From assembly GCA_040752415.1 (NCBI GenBank), contig JBFMGU010000001.1:32001-96000 (forward strand): 64,000 bases of DNA, read 5' to 3'. The notes beneath the pieces were generated by a model that did not search any database, was not told the origin of the DNA, and saw only the letters and a program-made list of their open reading frames with translations. The position numbers and the translations under genes were made by a program. Shown piece by piece: positions 38,571 to 48,100 of the stretch. The stretch is from Myxococcota bacterium (GTDB lineage: Bacteria; Myxococcota; JACRCW01). Numbering within the stretch: the first letter of the stretch is position 1; each line of letters starts with the position of its first letter.

Positions 38571-39134
38571 ATGCCCGCCAAACGATCCACCAAGGCCCGC
38601 GCGGGCTCCAAGCCGCCTTCGGCGACACGTCGTGGTCGGCTGGAGATTCTGTATGAGAAGACCCAGGACGACATTCGCATCCTCGCCGAGGGCCTGACGA
38701 CGGTGAACGCGCGCGTCGACCGGCTTGAGAACCGTTGGGACGCTCGCTTCGAGCGGATCGAGGCGGCATTGCTGGAGCTATCCGCGAATCTCACGCAGAC
38801 CCGCGACGAGCTGGGGGATGGGATTCGCAAGAACACTGAGGAGATCCGGAAGAACAGCGAGGACATCCGCAAGAACAGCGAGGACATCCGCAAGAACAGC
38901 GAGGAGATCCGGAAGAACAGTGAGGACATTCGCAAGAACAGCGAGGACATCCGGAAGAACAGCGAGGACATCCGCCAGATGAGGGAGGAGCTTCGCGGCC
39001 ACTCCGACGAGATCCGGGTGCTGCAGCAGGAAGTGCGTGATCAGGGAGACCGCATCGACCGCAAGGCCGACGCGCAGCGTGTTGATGACCTGGCCCAGCG
39101 AGTCACCGAACTCGAGCGTCAGCTCCGTACCTGA
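38571..39134 (+). CDS. Coiled-coil protein with IRKNSED heptad tandem repeats
   Basis: All-helical 187-aa ORF with continuous heptads; no signal peptide seen. Confidence 0.7.
   Translation: MPAKRSTKARAGSKPPSATRRGRLEILYEKTQDDIRILAEGLTTVNARVDRLENRWDARFERIEAALLELSANLTQTRDELGDGIRKNTEEIRKNSEDIRKNSEDIRKNSEEIRKNSEDIRKNSEDIRKNSEDIRQMREELRGHSDEIRVLQQEVRDQGDRIDRKADAQRVDDLAQRVTELERQLRT
38823..38969 (+). repeat. 21-bp coding tandem repeat, 7 copies (ATYCGSAAGAACASYGAGGAS = IRKN[TS]E[DE])
   Basis: Units start at 38823, 38844, 38865, 38886, 38907, 38928 and 38949, followed by degenerate heptads IRQMREE, LRGHSDE, IRVLQQE. Confidence 0.95.
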
Positions 39135-39139
39135 CGACG

Positions 39140-40372
39140 TCAGCCTTTGATGCGCACCTTGCGCGCGCCCCCGCTGCTGCGCGCGGCGCCCAGGTTCTGA
39201 CGCAGGAACGTCGCAGCAACGGCGCGTCCCACGTCACGCCGCTCCCGCGGAAAGAGCGCCAGGCTCAACTTGCATCCACCGGCCAGCGCCCCCTCGTCGA
39301 GCGCATGGTTCAGCGCAACCACCGCGAGCCCCGTGGCCCCGTCGGTGACCGCGGCCTTCCCCTCACCACACGCGCGACGCGCCGCACCCGCGAGCAGCGG
39401 GCTTGGCGCCGCCACTGCCGTCTCACCCACCTGCACCGCCAGCTCGTTGGGTAGCTCCCGCGACTGGATGGACGCGCTCTCCAGCATCCCTCCAACGACG
39501 TAGCCACTGTCCGCCATGACCATGCGCGCCGGCAGCTCGGAAACCACGCCCGCGTGCATCTGCGCGCCGGCGAGGACCAGCACGGCCTTCAGTCGTGACG
39601 CCAGCGCGGGCAGCAGGGGACCCACCACCGCGGGCTCCACGCACAACACCACGCCACCCGCGCCCTTCAACGACGACGCCACCCGCTCATCCACCGCGTC
39701 GCCGTCCACCTCGCCCACCACCACCGCCGCACCGCCGGGGAGCGTGTGCACGCCCGCGCGCGCCTCGTTCTCCACACGCTCGTCGACGAGACCGGCTTCC
39801 CCGTCGAGCATGCTGAGCAGCTCATAGCCCACGTCGCCCGTCGTGGCGGCGGACAGGCCCCGCCGGTCGGCCATGGTCTTGAGGACCGGCTGCAGGTCGC
39901 GCACGACGGGGGAGAGCAGGTCGGCGGTGAGACGGGGCGGCCCCACCACCAGCAGCACGGGGGAGGCGGGATCCTCCAGGCGCTCCACCGCCGCGGACAA
40001 CAGCGCCGCCTCCTGCCCGCTTGTCGTCGGGGTGAAGCCCATCTCCGCGGGCACCAGACCCAGCGCACAACCGGCAGCCAGCCGCAACGCGGCGTCCGTC
40101 TGCTCCACCGCACCATGCACCAGCAGCGTGCGACCCTGCAGCCTCGGCGCACCGGGCCACGGCAGCGGCGCCACCTGGTTCACGGTGGCGTCCATGGGCA
40201 GCTTGAGCGCGTGGTAGAGGGCGCGTCGCTCGTCGTCATTCCCGGCCAGGCCCAGCGTGGGGAGCAGACTGGCCAGCGAGCGCAGGTGCAGCACGCCGGT
40301 AGCGGTCGCGGCATCCATCAGGCCGGCGGCGCCGCGCAGTGCGCGCGTGGCCACCACGGAATCATCCACCAC
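39140..40372 (-). CDS. Hypothetical protein (alpha/beta, unknown function)
   Basis: 410-aa ORF filling the gap directly downstream of the cyclase, on the same strand, with genome-like codon usage. Confidence 0.6.
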   Translation of the reverse strand: MVDDSVVATRALRGAAGLMDAATATGVLHLRSLASLLPTLGLAGNDDERRALYHALKLPMDATVNQVAPLPWPGAPRLQGRTLLVHGAVEQTDAALRLAAGCALGLVPAEMGFTPTTSGQEAALLSAAVERLEDPASPVLLVVGPPRLTADLLSPVVRDLQPVLKTMADRRGLSAATTGDVGYELLSMLDGEAGLVDERVENEARAGVHTLPGGAAVVVGEVDGDAVDERVASSLKGAGGVVLCVEPAVVGPLLPALASRLKAVLVLAGAQMHAGVVSELPARMVMADSGYVVGGMLESASIQSRELPNELAVQVGETAVAAPSPLLAGAARRACGEGKAAVTDGATGLAVVALNHALDEGALAGGCKLSLALFPRERRDVGRAVAATFLRQNLGAARSSGGARKVRIKG

Positions 40373-40381
40373 GACGCAACC

Positions 40382-43300
40382 TCACTTGGTGGTCTTGGTC
40401 ACCACGCCATCCCAATCCGGCGGCGGCGGGTTCTCCTGGTACATCATGCAACGGGAGATGTACTCGGCGCTGATGAGGTCGCGCGGCTTGCCCTTCTTCT
40501 GCAGCTCGGCCTCGTACGCGGGATCCAGCGGCTTCTCGCGCAGCGCCTGGGCGAAGTACGGAATGGCGTCGGCAAACCGGCGGCCCTGGAACAGCTCGAT
40601 GCCGGTGTGGAACGTCTGGATGAACTGCGCCCACTCCGGCGGCGCGTCGCCCTTGCCAATCAGCTCGTAGATGCGCACCGGCTCCTTCTTGCCCTTGACG
40701 CGGATGGCGTCGAGGAGGCGCGCGTGGATCTTGCCCTTGGCCGCGGCGTAGGTGTTCTCGCTGATGATCACGTGGACGCCGTATTCCTTGGTCTGTCCCT
40801 CGAGACGACTGGCCAGGTTCACCGCGTCGCCCAGCGCGCTGTAGTTGGTGCGTTGGCTGCTGCCCATGAAGCCCACGCGCATCAGGCCGGAGTTGAGGCC
40901 GATGCCGATGTCGAAGGCGGCGGGGTCCATGTGCTTGCTGGTGAGTCGCTGGCAGAACGCGGCCCACTTGGGGTCGCTGACCACCCACTTCTTGAACGTG
41001 TGCAGCTGCTCCATCATGTCCAGCGCCGCGTAGCAGCCGCTCACCGCGTGATCCTCGAACGCGTGCGGTGCGCCAAACAGCGCCATGATGGCGTCGCCAA
41101 TGTACTTATCCAGATAACCCTTGTGGTGCATGATCGCCGCGGCCTGCGGCGTGAAGTAGTCGTTGAGGAAGATGGTGAGCTCTTCGGGGGTGAGATTCTC
41201 GGAGAGCGTGGTGAAGCCGCGGATGTCGCTGAACATGCAGGTGGCTTCGCGCTCGTCGCCCTTGAGGCTCTTGATGGCGTCGGGGTCCTTGGCCAGCTCG
41301 TCGACCAGCACCGGGTCCAGCGTGGCGCCAAACGCCTTGCGCATGGCCGCCTTCTCCTTGCCCACCGTCAGGTATCCGTGCGCCACCACCGCCGCCCACG
41401 TGAAGGCCAGCTGCAAGTGCGCCCAGAAGCTGTGCACCCAGTAGCCCTTGGACAGCGCTCCCACGCTGGCCGCGCCGTAGACCAGGAACAACGCCGCCAC
41501 GACGAGGAAGCTCACCAGCACGCTCAGCCGGTGCAGCAACAGGCCCAGCAGCAGGCCCATGATCAGCACGAACGCAATCTCCCCCATCACGATTTCCTGC
41601 GGACGGGAGAGGAAGCGGCCGTCGCTCATGTTCTGCGCCGCGGTGGCATGGATGGCCACGCCGGGAACGAACGGATCAAACGGCGTGGAGCGCTGGTCGT
41701 AGGTGCCAATGGCGGTCACCGCGAACAGCACCGCCTTGCCCTTCACCACCTTGGGATCGAACTTCCCCTCGACGATGTCCGCCACGCTCAGCGTCGGGAA
41801 CAGCGGCTTCTGGGTGTCCGGGTCGCGCCAGGGTCCATAGTAGTTCAGCTGCAGCTTGCCGGAGGGATCCGTCGGGATGACCAGCGGCGCGCGGCCGACG
41901 GGCACGGGATCGCTGGGCAACAACGTCACCTGGCTGAAGGACTGCAGCCACTGGTAGTTCTGGTCGCGGATGATGACGGGCGTGGTGGCAAAGCGCTGCT
42001 GCACCAGGGCCAGCGGGAGCGAGGGCAGGTAGTAGGCGCGGATGAAACAGTCGGCGCACTCCTGGCGGCAGACCTCGGAGCACACTTCCGGCTTCTCCAG
42101 CGCCTCGAACTTCTCCGGCGTCAGCTTCGCCCGGTTGCACGCGGTGCAGGCACTGGCGTCCTCGTCGGGCGCGGGCGCCCAGTGCCGGTAGAACAGCGGC
42201 TGCTTGCGGAACACGCCGTCCACCTCGGGCTCGGCGGAATAGAAGCCGAAGTTCTGGCCCACCTCCGCAAAGCGATCCAGCGGCGCAATGAAGTCGCCCT
42301 TGATCACGGTGACGCCGGGCTTCAGCTCCGTCTCGCGCTTCTCCTTGGCGCCGGGCAGCCACTCCACCAGCCTGGTGTCGGCGTTCTTCTGGAAGAGCGG
42401 GACCAGCGTTGCGGGGTCGGCCACGTCCAGGCCCGTCTCCGTCATGGTGGCGGCCTTGGCGTCCACCAGCGCCTTCACGCCGGCAATGAACTGCTCCTCC
42501 TCCATGCCCAGCCGGTTGCCCAGCTCCTCGGCGGCCACCGAGCACGCCTTCTTGCCCTCACACATCTCGTGCGTGGCGCGCGCCACCTTCCCGCGCGGGC
42601 TGGCGTCCACCTCCTTGACGTCGAGGTACCAGGTGTCCACGGCCGCGGAGGCCACGCGCTTGAAGTGCTCGTGCTGCTTGTCCGGCGTGGGCGGCTCCGG
42701 CCCGGGGTTCGGCTCGGCAATGTAACCCTGCACCACCCGCGTCGAGTGCTCGCTGACCACCTCCTCCAGCTCCTGGTCCGGGCTCTTGCCGCCGGCCTCC
42801 TCCTGCAGCACCTGCGAGTAGCGCTCCACCGCCTCGCTCAGCGTGCCCGCGCTCTTGTGCGCCGCCGTCAGCTCCGCCGCCGCGTCCTTCTGCGCCTCGC
42901 GCAGCTCGGTCAGGGTGACCTGCAGCTGCCGCTTGCCCTTGCCCGTCACCTTGCCGGCGCTGATCAAATCCTCGGCGCTGTCGACGATCTTGGTGAGCTC
43001 CTCCAGCCGCGCGCGTGCCGCGGCAACCTTCTCCGCCGCCTCCTTGCCGCGCTCATCCAGGCCCTCCTGCCGGTACTTCAGCATCACCCGGCTCATCTGC
43101 TCGGAGTCGCCCTCGCCCTTCTCGTCGGACCAGACCATATCGAACGCCACGATGTCGGCGCCGGCGTTGAAGAGCTGCGTCATCATCTGCGCGTAGACGC
43201 GACGGCTCCAGCTGCCCCACAGGCCAAACGCGTCAATGGCCTTCTCGTCGCCCGCGGCAATCACCACCTGCGGCTCCATGGGGATGGGCCCGCGGGTGAG

Positions 43301-43447
43301 GAAGTTGAAGTCCAGGATCTTCAGCTCCAGCCGGTAGGGCAGCCAGTTCACCCAGCGCAGCTGGTCCTGCAGGAAGAGCACGCCGGAGATCAGGAAGGAG
43401 AGGCCCAGGGAGAGCTTCAGGGGCGTGACGGTGAACAGCTTCTTCAT
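40382..43447 (-). CDS. CHASE2-domain class III adenylate/guanylate cyclase
   Basis: CHASE2 motifs VVIAAGDEKAI..G.W.WSR, IVAFDMVWSD, DGVFRK, PGVAIHATAAQN; 3 TM helices; cyclase motifs MFSDIRGFTTLSE, DKYIGDAIMALFGAP, LGDAVNLASRLEG, RVKGK; C-terminal PPPDWDGV. Confidence 0.93.
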   Translation of the reverse strand: MKKLFTVTPLKLSLGLSFLISGVLFLQDQLRWVNWLPYRLELKILDFNFLTRGPIPMEPQVVIAAGDEKAIDAFGLWGSWSRRVYAQMMTQLFNAGADIVAFDMVWSDEKGEGDSEQMSRVMLKYRQEGLDERGKEAAEKVAAARARLEELTKIVDSAEDLISAGKVTGKGKRQLQVTLTELREAQKDAAAELTAAHKSAGTLSEAVERYSQVLQEEAGGKSPDQELEEVVSEHSTRVVQGYIAEPNPGPEPPTPDKQHEHFKRVASAAVDTWYLDVKEVDASPRGKVARATHEMCEGKKACSVAAEELGNRLGMEEEQFIAGVKALVDAKAATMTETGLDVADPATLVPLFQKNADTRLVEWLPGAKEKRETELKPGVTVIKGDFIAPLDRFAEVGQNFGFYSAEPEVDGVFRKQPLFYRHWAPAPDEDASACTACNRAKLTPEKFEALEKPEVCSEVCRQECADCFIRAYYLPSLPLALVQQRFATTPVIIRDQNYQWLQSFSQVTLLPSDPVPVGRAPLVIPTDPSGKLQLNYYGPWRDPDTQKPLFPTLSVADIVEGKFDPKVVKGKAVLFAVTAIGTYDQRSTPFDPFVPGVAIHATAAQNMSDGRFLSRPQEIVMGEIAFVLIMGLLLGLLLHRLSVLVSFLVVAALFLVYGAASVGALSKGYWVHSFWAHLQLAFTWAAVVAHGYLTVGKEKAAMRKAFGATLDPVLVDELAKDPDAIKSLKGDEREATCMFSDIRGFTTLSENLTPEELTIFLNDYFTPQAAAIMHHKGYLDKYIGDAIMALFGAPHAFEDHAVSGCYAALDMMEQLHTFKKWVVSDPKWAAFCQRLTSKHMDPAAFDIGIGLNSGLMRVGFMGSSQRTNYSALGDAVNLASRLEGQTKEYGVHVIISENTYAAAKGKIHARLLDAIRVKGKKEPVRIYELIGKGDAPPEWAQFIQTFHTGIELFQGRRFADAIPYFAQALREKPLDPAYEAELQKKGKPRDLISAEYISRCMMYQENPPPPDWDGVVTKTTK

Positions 43448-43487
43448 GGTGTGGGCCTCCGAGGTGGGGGCGACTGTTCAGAAGGGA

Positions 43488-44258
43488 TCAGGCCCGGCGC
43501 GCGCCGCGCAGCGGGGCGGCGCTGGGAACCGGCGGGCCGGCGTGCAGGGAGAGCGCCATGCGTGTGGCGGCACCGGCGGGGGAGCCGCGCAGCTCCTGGT
43601 AGCGCAGGTTGAGCTTGAGCCGGGAAAGATCGGCCGGGTCGGTGACGTCGAGCCAGAACGGGAGCATGTGCAGGGTGAAGCCGGCCTTGTGCAGACGCTC
43701 CATGGCCTGGCCCAGGCTCCCCGGCGTGCCCCACGCAATCTTCTGGAACAACGCCTCGCGCAGGCCGGCCTCACGTTCCGGGCGCGCGTCCGGGTCCCGA
43801 CGCAGTCCCAGGCCCCAGCAGCCGCCGTCAAAGCCCGGGCCCACCACCACGTCGTGGTAGAGCACCGCGCGCAATGCTTCCTCGAGGAGATGTACCGGCA
43901 GCGTGGGCGCGCTGGAGCTCAGCAGGAACACGCGCTCCGCGCCGCGGTCCAGCTCATCCTGGACGGCGTGCGCCATCTGCTCCACCAGCTCGGTGCCGGA
44001 GTGCACACAGATGCGCGCGCTGCAGGTGGCCGCGGTCTCCACCACCAGGGCGTCGTCGGCGCTGTCCGGCACGTAGAGGGCCACCTGGCGCGGCTGACCG
44101 GCCACCGCGCGGCGTCGCCAGGAGGCCGCGGTGGCGGCAGCGTCGGACAGGAACGCGGCGTACAGGCGCTCCGCCTCCACCTCACCCAGCTCGCGCGCCA
44201 GCTTGTTCCTCGCCGACCCGACGCCGGGGGCGCGGCCGAAGATGATCAGCGTCTCCAT
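43488..44258 (-). CDS. DUF2064 / TIGR04282-family glycosyltransferase-like protein
   Basis: LIIFGRAPG.G.A..KLA, SSAPTLP, DVVVGPGFDGGCWGLG, IAWGT, WLDVTDPADL; start METLI at 44258. Confidence 0.8.
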   Translation of the reverse strand: METLIIFGRAPGVGSARNKLARELGEVEAERLYAAFLSDAAATAASWRRRAVAGQPRQVALYVPDSADDALVVETAATCSARICVHSGTELVEQMAHAVQDELDRGAERVFLLSSSAPTLPVHLLEEALRAVLYHDVVVGPGFDGGCWGLGLRRDPDARPEREAGLREALFQKIAWGTPGSLGQAMERLHKAGFTLHMLPFWLDVTDPADLSRLKLNLRYQELRGSPAGAATRMALSLHAGPPVPSAAPLRGARRA

Positions 44259-44992
44259 GGCTGCTCTCCCACGCCCCCCGCCGCGTGGCCCACCGGGCTC
44301 CCTCGCAGGCGGGCCACCGTATACAGGATCTTGGTGCCCGCCTTCACCGTGCCGCGGATGTCCCCGCTGATTTTCGACGTGCCCGTCTTGCGCGTGCGGT
44401 AGCTCACCGCCACCTCCATCACCCGCAGTCGCTGGCGCGCCGCCTTGATCTGCATCTCCACGTTCCACCCGAAGTCCTGGTCCGTGAGCCCCAGCCGCAT
44501 CAGCGCGTCCCAGCGGATGGCGCGGAACGGGCCCAGGTCCGTGGCCGGCACGCCGTAGAGGTGCCACAGGAGCCAGCAGGAGAGCGCGTTGCCAAAGCGC
44601 TGCGGCGGCGTCAGCGAGCCCCGCTCCGCGCGCCCCTCCGCCTCGCCCAGCACACGTGAGCCGATGACGAGGTCGGCATGGTCGCGGGAGAGCGGGGAGA
44701 GCAGCAGCGCGGCTTCCTCCGGCACGTCGGAGAGGTCGGCGTCCATGAAGAGCAGCGCGTCCGGCGGATCCGCCTGCAGGTGCGCCATCCCCGCCAGGCA
44801 CGCGCGCCCGTAGCCCCGCCGCTCCTCGCGCACAACCTGCGCGCCCGCCGCGCGCGCCACTTCCGTCGTCTGGTCGGTGCTGCCGTTGTCCACCACCACC
44901 ACGCGGGGCACGCCGGCCATCCGCAGGCGACGCACCGCGTCACCCACGCTTCGCTCCTCGTTGAGCGCCGGAATCAAGGCCGCCACCCGCAT
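44246..44992 (-). CDS. Glycosyltransferase family 2 (DPM1-like)
   Basis: IPALNEE, VDNGSTDQT, RGYGRAC, FMDADLSD, TDLGPFRAIR, GWNVEMQIKA, SKISG. Confidence 0.92.
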   Translation of the reverse strand: MRVAALIPALNEERSVGDAVRRLRMAGVPRVVVVDNGSTDQTTEVARAAGAQVVREERRGYGRACLAGMAHLQADPPDALLFMDADLSDVPEEAALLLSPLSRDHADLVIGSRVLGEAEGRAERGSLTPPQRFGNALSCWLLWHLYGVPATDLGPFRAIRWDALMRLGLTDQDFGWNVEMQIKAARQRLRVMEVAVSYRTRKTGTSKISGDIRGTVKAGTKILYTVARLRGSPVGHAAGGVGEQPWRR

Positions 44993-45178
44993 GTGCCGCC
45001 CACCTCCAAACTCTGGAATCCCCTACACTTCCACTGAGCGGGGCCTCGCGTCCACGCCGCGTTTGCCACCGCTGCGGAATGGCACCACGGGCGGGGGCGC
45101 GGGCGGGGAGGGGTTGTCGCACCTCCGCGGCGTTGGGCAGGCGTGGCGACGGGCCTTACCTCGGGATAGCCTGGGTTC

Positions 45179-48100
45179 ATGTTCCGCTCACGTCTGGCAA
45201 TCCTCGTCGTCGGCACCCTGATCTCCTGGGCCTGCACCACACCTCCGGGACCGGTCGCGGGGACCGACACGAGCAGTTCGAGCGGGGGGAGTGACTCGTC
45301 GGGAAGCGGCACCTCGGGCAGCTCCAGCAGCAGCGGGAGTGGCAGCACCTCGGGGAGCACCTCCGGGGGCCTGGACGGCGGCAGCCTCGACGCCACGCCG
45401 CCCATCCTCACGCCGGACGCCAACAACCCGGACAACGCCACGCGGGACAGCGACTGCGACGGGCTCTCCGACGAGCAGGAGTTCGGCCGCATCTGGGGCG
45501 ACGGTCGGCGCACGGACCCGGGCAACCCGGACACCGACGGGGATGGCATCTGGGACGGCGTGGAGTCCGGGGAGACGGGCAGCCCGGATCCGCGCTGCGC
45601 GGTGGCCCCGCGGGTGGACCAGGACCCCGCCACGGTGAGCGATCCCACCAGCACCGACACCGACGGCGACGGCATCCCCGACGGCGTGGAGGACACCAGC
45701 CACAACGGCGCGCTCGACGACGGCGAGACCAACCCCGCGGAGGTGGATACCGACGGAGACGGCCTGGCCGACGGCATCGAGGACGCCAATCATGACGGCG
45801 TGGTGGACGCCACGGAGACCAACCCCGGCGTCGCCGACACCGACGGGGACGGGCTGAGCGACGGCCTGGAGGACAAGAACCACAACGGTGCGCGTGAGCC
45901 CACGGAGACCAACCCGCGGCTGGCCGACACCGACGGAGACGGCGTTCCCGACGGCGTCGAGGATGCCAACCGCAACGGCGTGGTGGACCCCGGGGAGAGC
46001 GATCCCCTCACCGCCGAGCTGGACACCGACGGGGATGGCATCCTGGACGCGCGCGAGCGCGAGGTGACCCACACCGACCCCAACGACCCCGACAGCGACG
46101 ACGACGCGCTCCCCGACGGCGTGGAGGACAGGAACCAGGACGGCCTGCGCAACGCGGGGGAGACCTACCCGCTGCGCGTGGATACCGATTGCGACGGTCT
46201 CTCCGACGGCGAGGAGGACCTCAACCACGACGGTATCCGCGACCCCGATGAGCCCGACCCCACCAAGGCCGACACCGACTTTGACGGCATCCCCGACGGC
46301 GTGGAGCGCGGTGTCACCTCCATTCTCGACGCCACCAACTGCCCCGCGCAGCCGGTGAGCGCGGAGCCGCCCAGCATCACCAACCCGGTGAGCACCGACA
46401 GCGACGGCGACGGGATCCTGGACGGCGTGGAGGACCGCAACCGCAACGGCGCGCTGGATCCCGGTGAGACCGGCGCCAACGACGCCGACAGCGACAACGA
46501 CAACATCCCCGACGGCGTGGAGGACCCCAACCACAACGGCGTGGTGGACCCCGGTGAGACCGACCCCAACGTGAGCGACCCGGACACCGACGCCGACGGC
46601 ATCACCGACGAGCACGAGAACTTCATCACCCACACCAACCCCCTGGAGCCGGACAGCGACTTCGACGGGCTCACCGACCTCCAGGAGGACCGCGACCAGG
46701 ATGGCCTGCAGGCGTTGGGTGAGACCCACCCGCTGCTCCCGGACTCCGACTGCGACGGCATCAACGACGGCGACGAGGACGCCAACCACAACGGCATCCT
46801 GGACCAGGGTGAGACGGACCCGCTCAACGCCGACACCGACTTCGACCTGCTGGCGGACGGCGTCGAGCGCGGCGTCAACTCCGTGCTGGACTACGCGCAC
46901 TGCCCCAACCAGTACGTGGACACCGACCCCGCCACCACCACCAACCCGGTGAGCCGCGACTCCGATCTCGACGGGATTGCCGACGGGCTGGAGGACCGCG
47001 ACCACGACGGCGCCTGCGATCCCAACGAGAGCAATCCCGCCACCGGCGACACCGACAACGACGGCTTCAACGACGGCCAGGAGGACCGGAACCGCAACGG
47101 TGTCTGCGACCCCGGCGAGACCTGCAGCTACGTGGCCCAGGTGGACAGCGACGGGGACGGCATCCAGGACATCGTCGAGGACGCCCACGGAACCGACCGC
47201 AACGACCCCGACACCGACGACGACGGCCTCAATGACGGTCGCGAGGACCTCAACGACGACGGCCTGGTGAACACCGGGGAGACCAGCCCGCTCATGCCCG
47301 ACACCGACTGCGACGGTCTCGGCGACGGCGCGGAAGACGCCAACCGAGACCTCGTGGTGGGTGACACCGAGACCGACCCGCGTCTGGCCGACACCGACGG
47401 CGACGGCCTCACCGACGGAGTGGAGCTGGGCCTGGTCAGCGCCGCGGGCTCCACCGGGTGCGTGGACGTGCCCGTGGTGGCCGGCCTGGCCAACCTCACC
47501 AACCCGCGTGACCCGGACAGCGACAACGACGGCATCCGCGACGGCGTGGAGGATCAGGACCAGGACGGCACGCGCAACGGCCTGGAGACCGACCCCAATG
47601 ACGCCGACACCGACGACGACACGCTGGTCGACGGCGCGGAGGACCGCAACCAGAACCACGTGGTTGACCCCGGTGAGACCGATCCGCTGGTGTTCGACGG
47701 CGACACCGACGGCGACGGCATCAAGGACGTGCGGGAGACCGCCATCGGCACCAACCCCAACGTGCCGGACACCGACGGAGACGGCCTCACCGACGGCCAG
47801 GAGGACCGCAACGCCGACGGCCAGCTGAACTTCGGGGAGACCAACCCGCTGCTCGTCGACACCGACTGTGACGGCCTGCGCGACAAGGAGGAGGACGTCA
47901 ACGGCAACGGCATCCGTGAAGCCACCGAGACCAGCCCGCGCCACACCGACTCCGACGGAGACCTGCTGACCGACGGCGTGGAGCGCGGCGTCACCACCAC
48001 CGCGGGCTCACCCGGCTGTGCCGCGTTCCCCGTGGCCACCGCGCCCACCAACCCCACGCTCGCCTACCTGGCGGACACCGACGGCGACGGCATCAACGAC

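Noticed and set aside
37699..38769. Apparent 357-aa N-terminal extension of AlaRS
   Set aside because: It is the antisense of pcm; the AlaRS motifs and RBS begin at 37698
38823..38969. 21-bp repeats as a CRISPR array
   Set aside because: No spacers, in-frame coding repeats with synonymous variation, and no cas genes
42047..42075. CxxxCxxC in the cyclase as a radical-SAM cluster motif
   Set aside because: It lies in a predicted extracytoplasmic CHASE2 insert with no radical-SAM barrel
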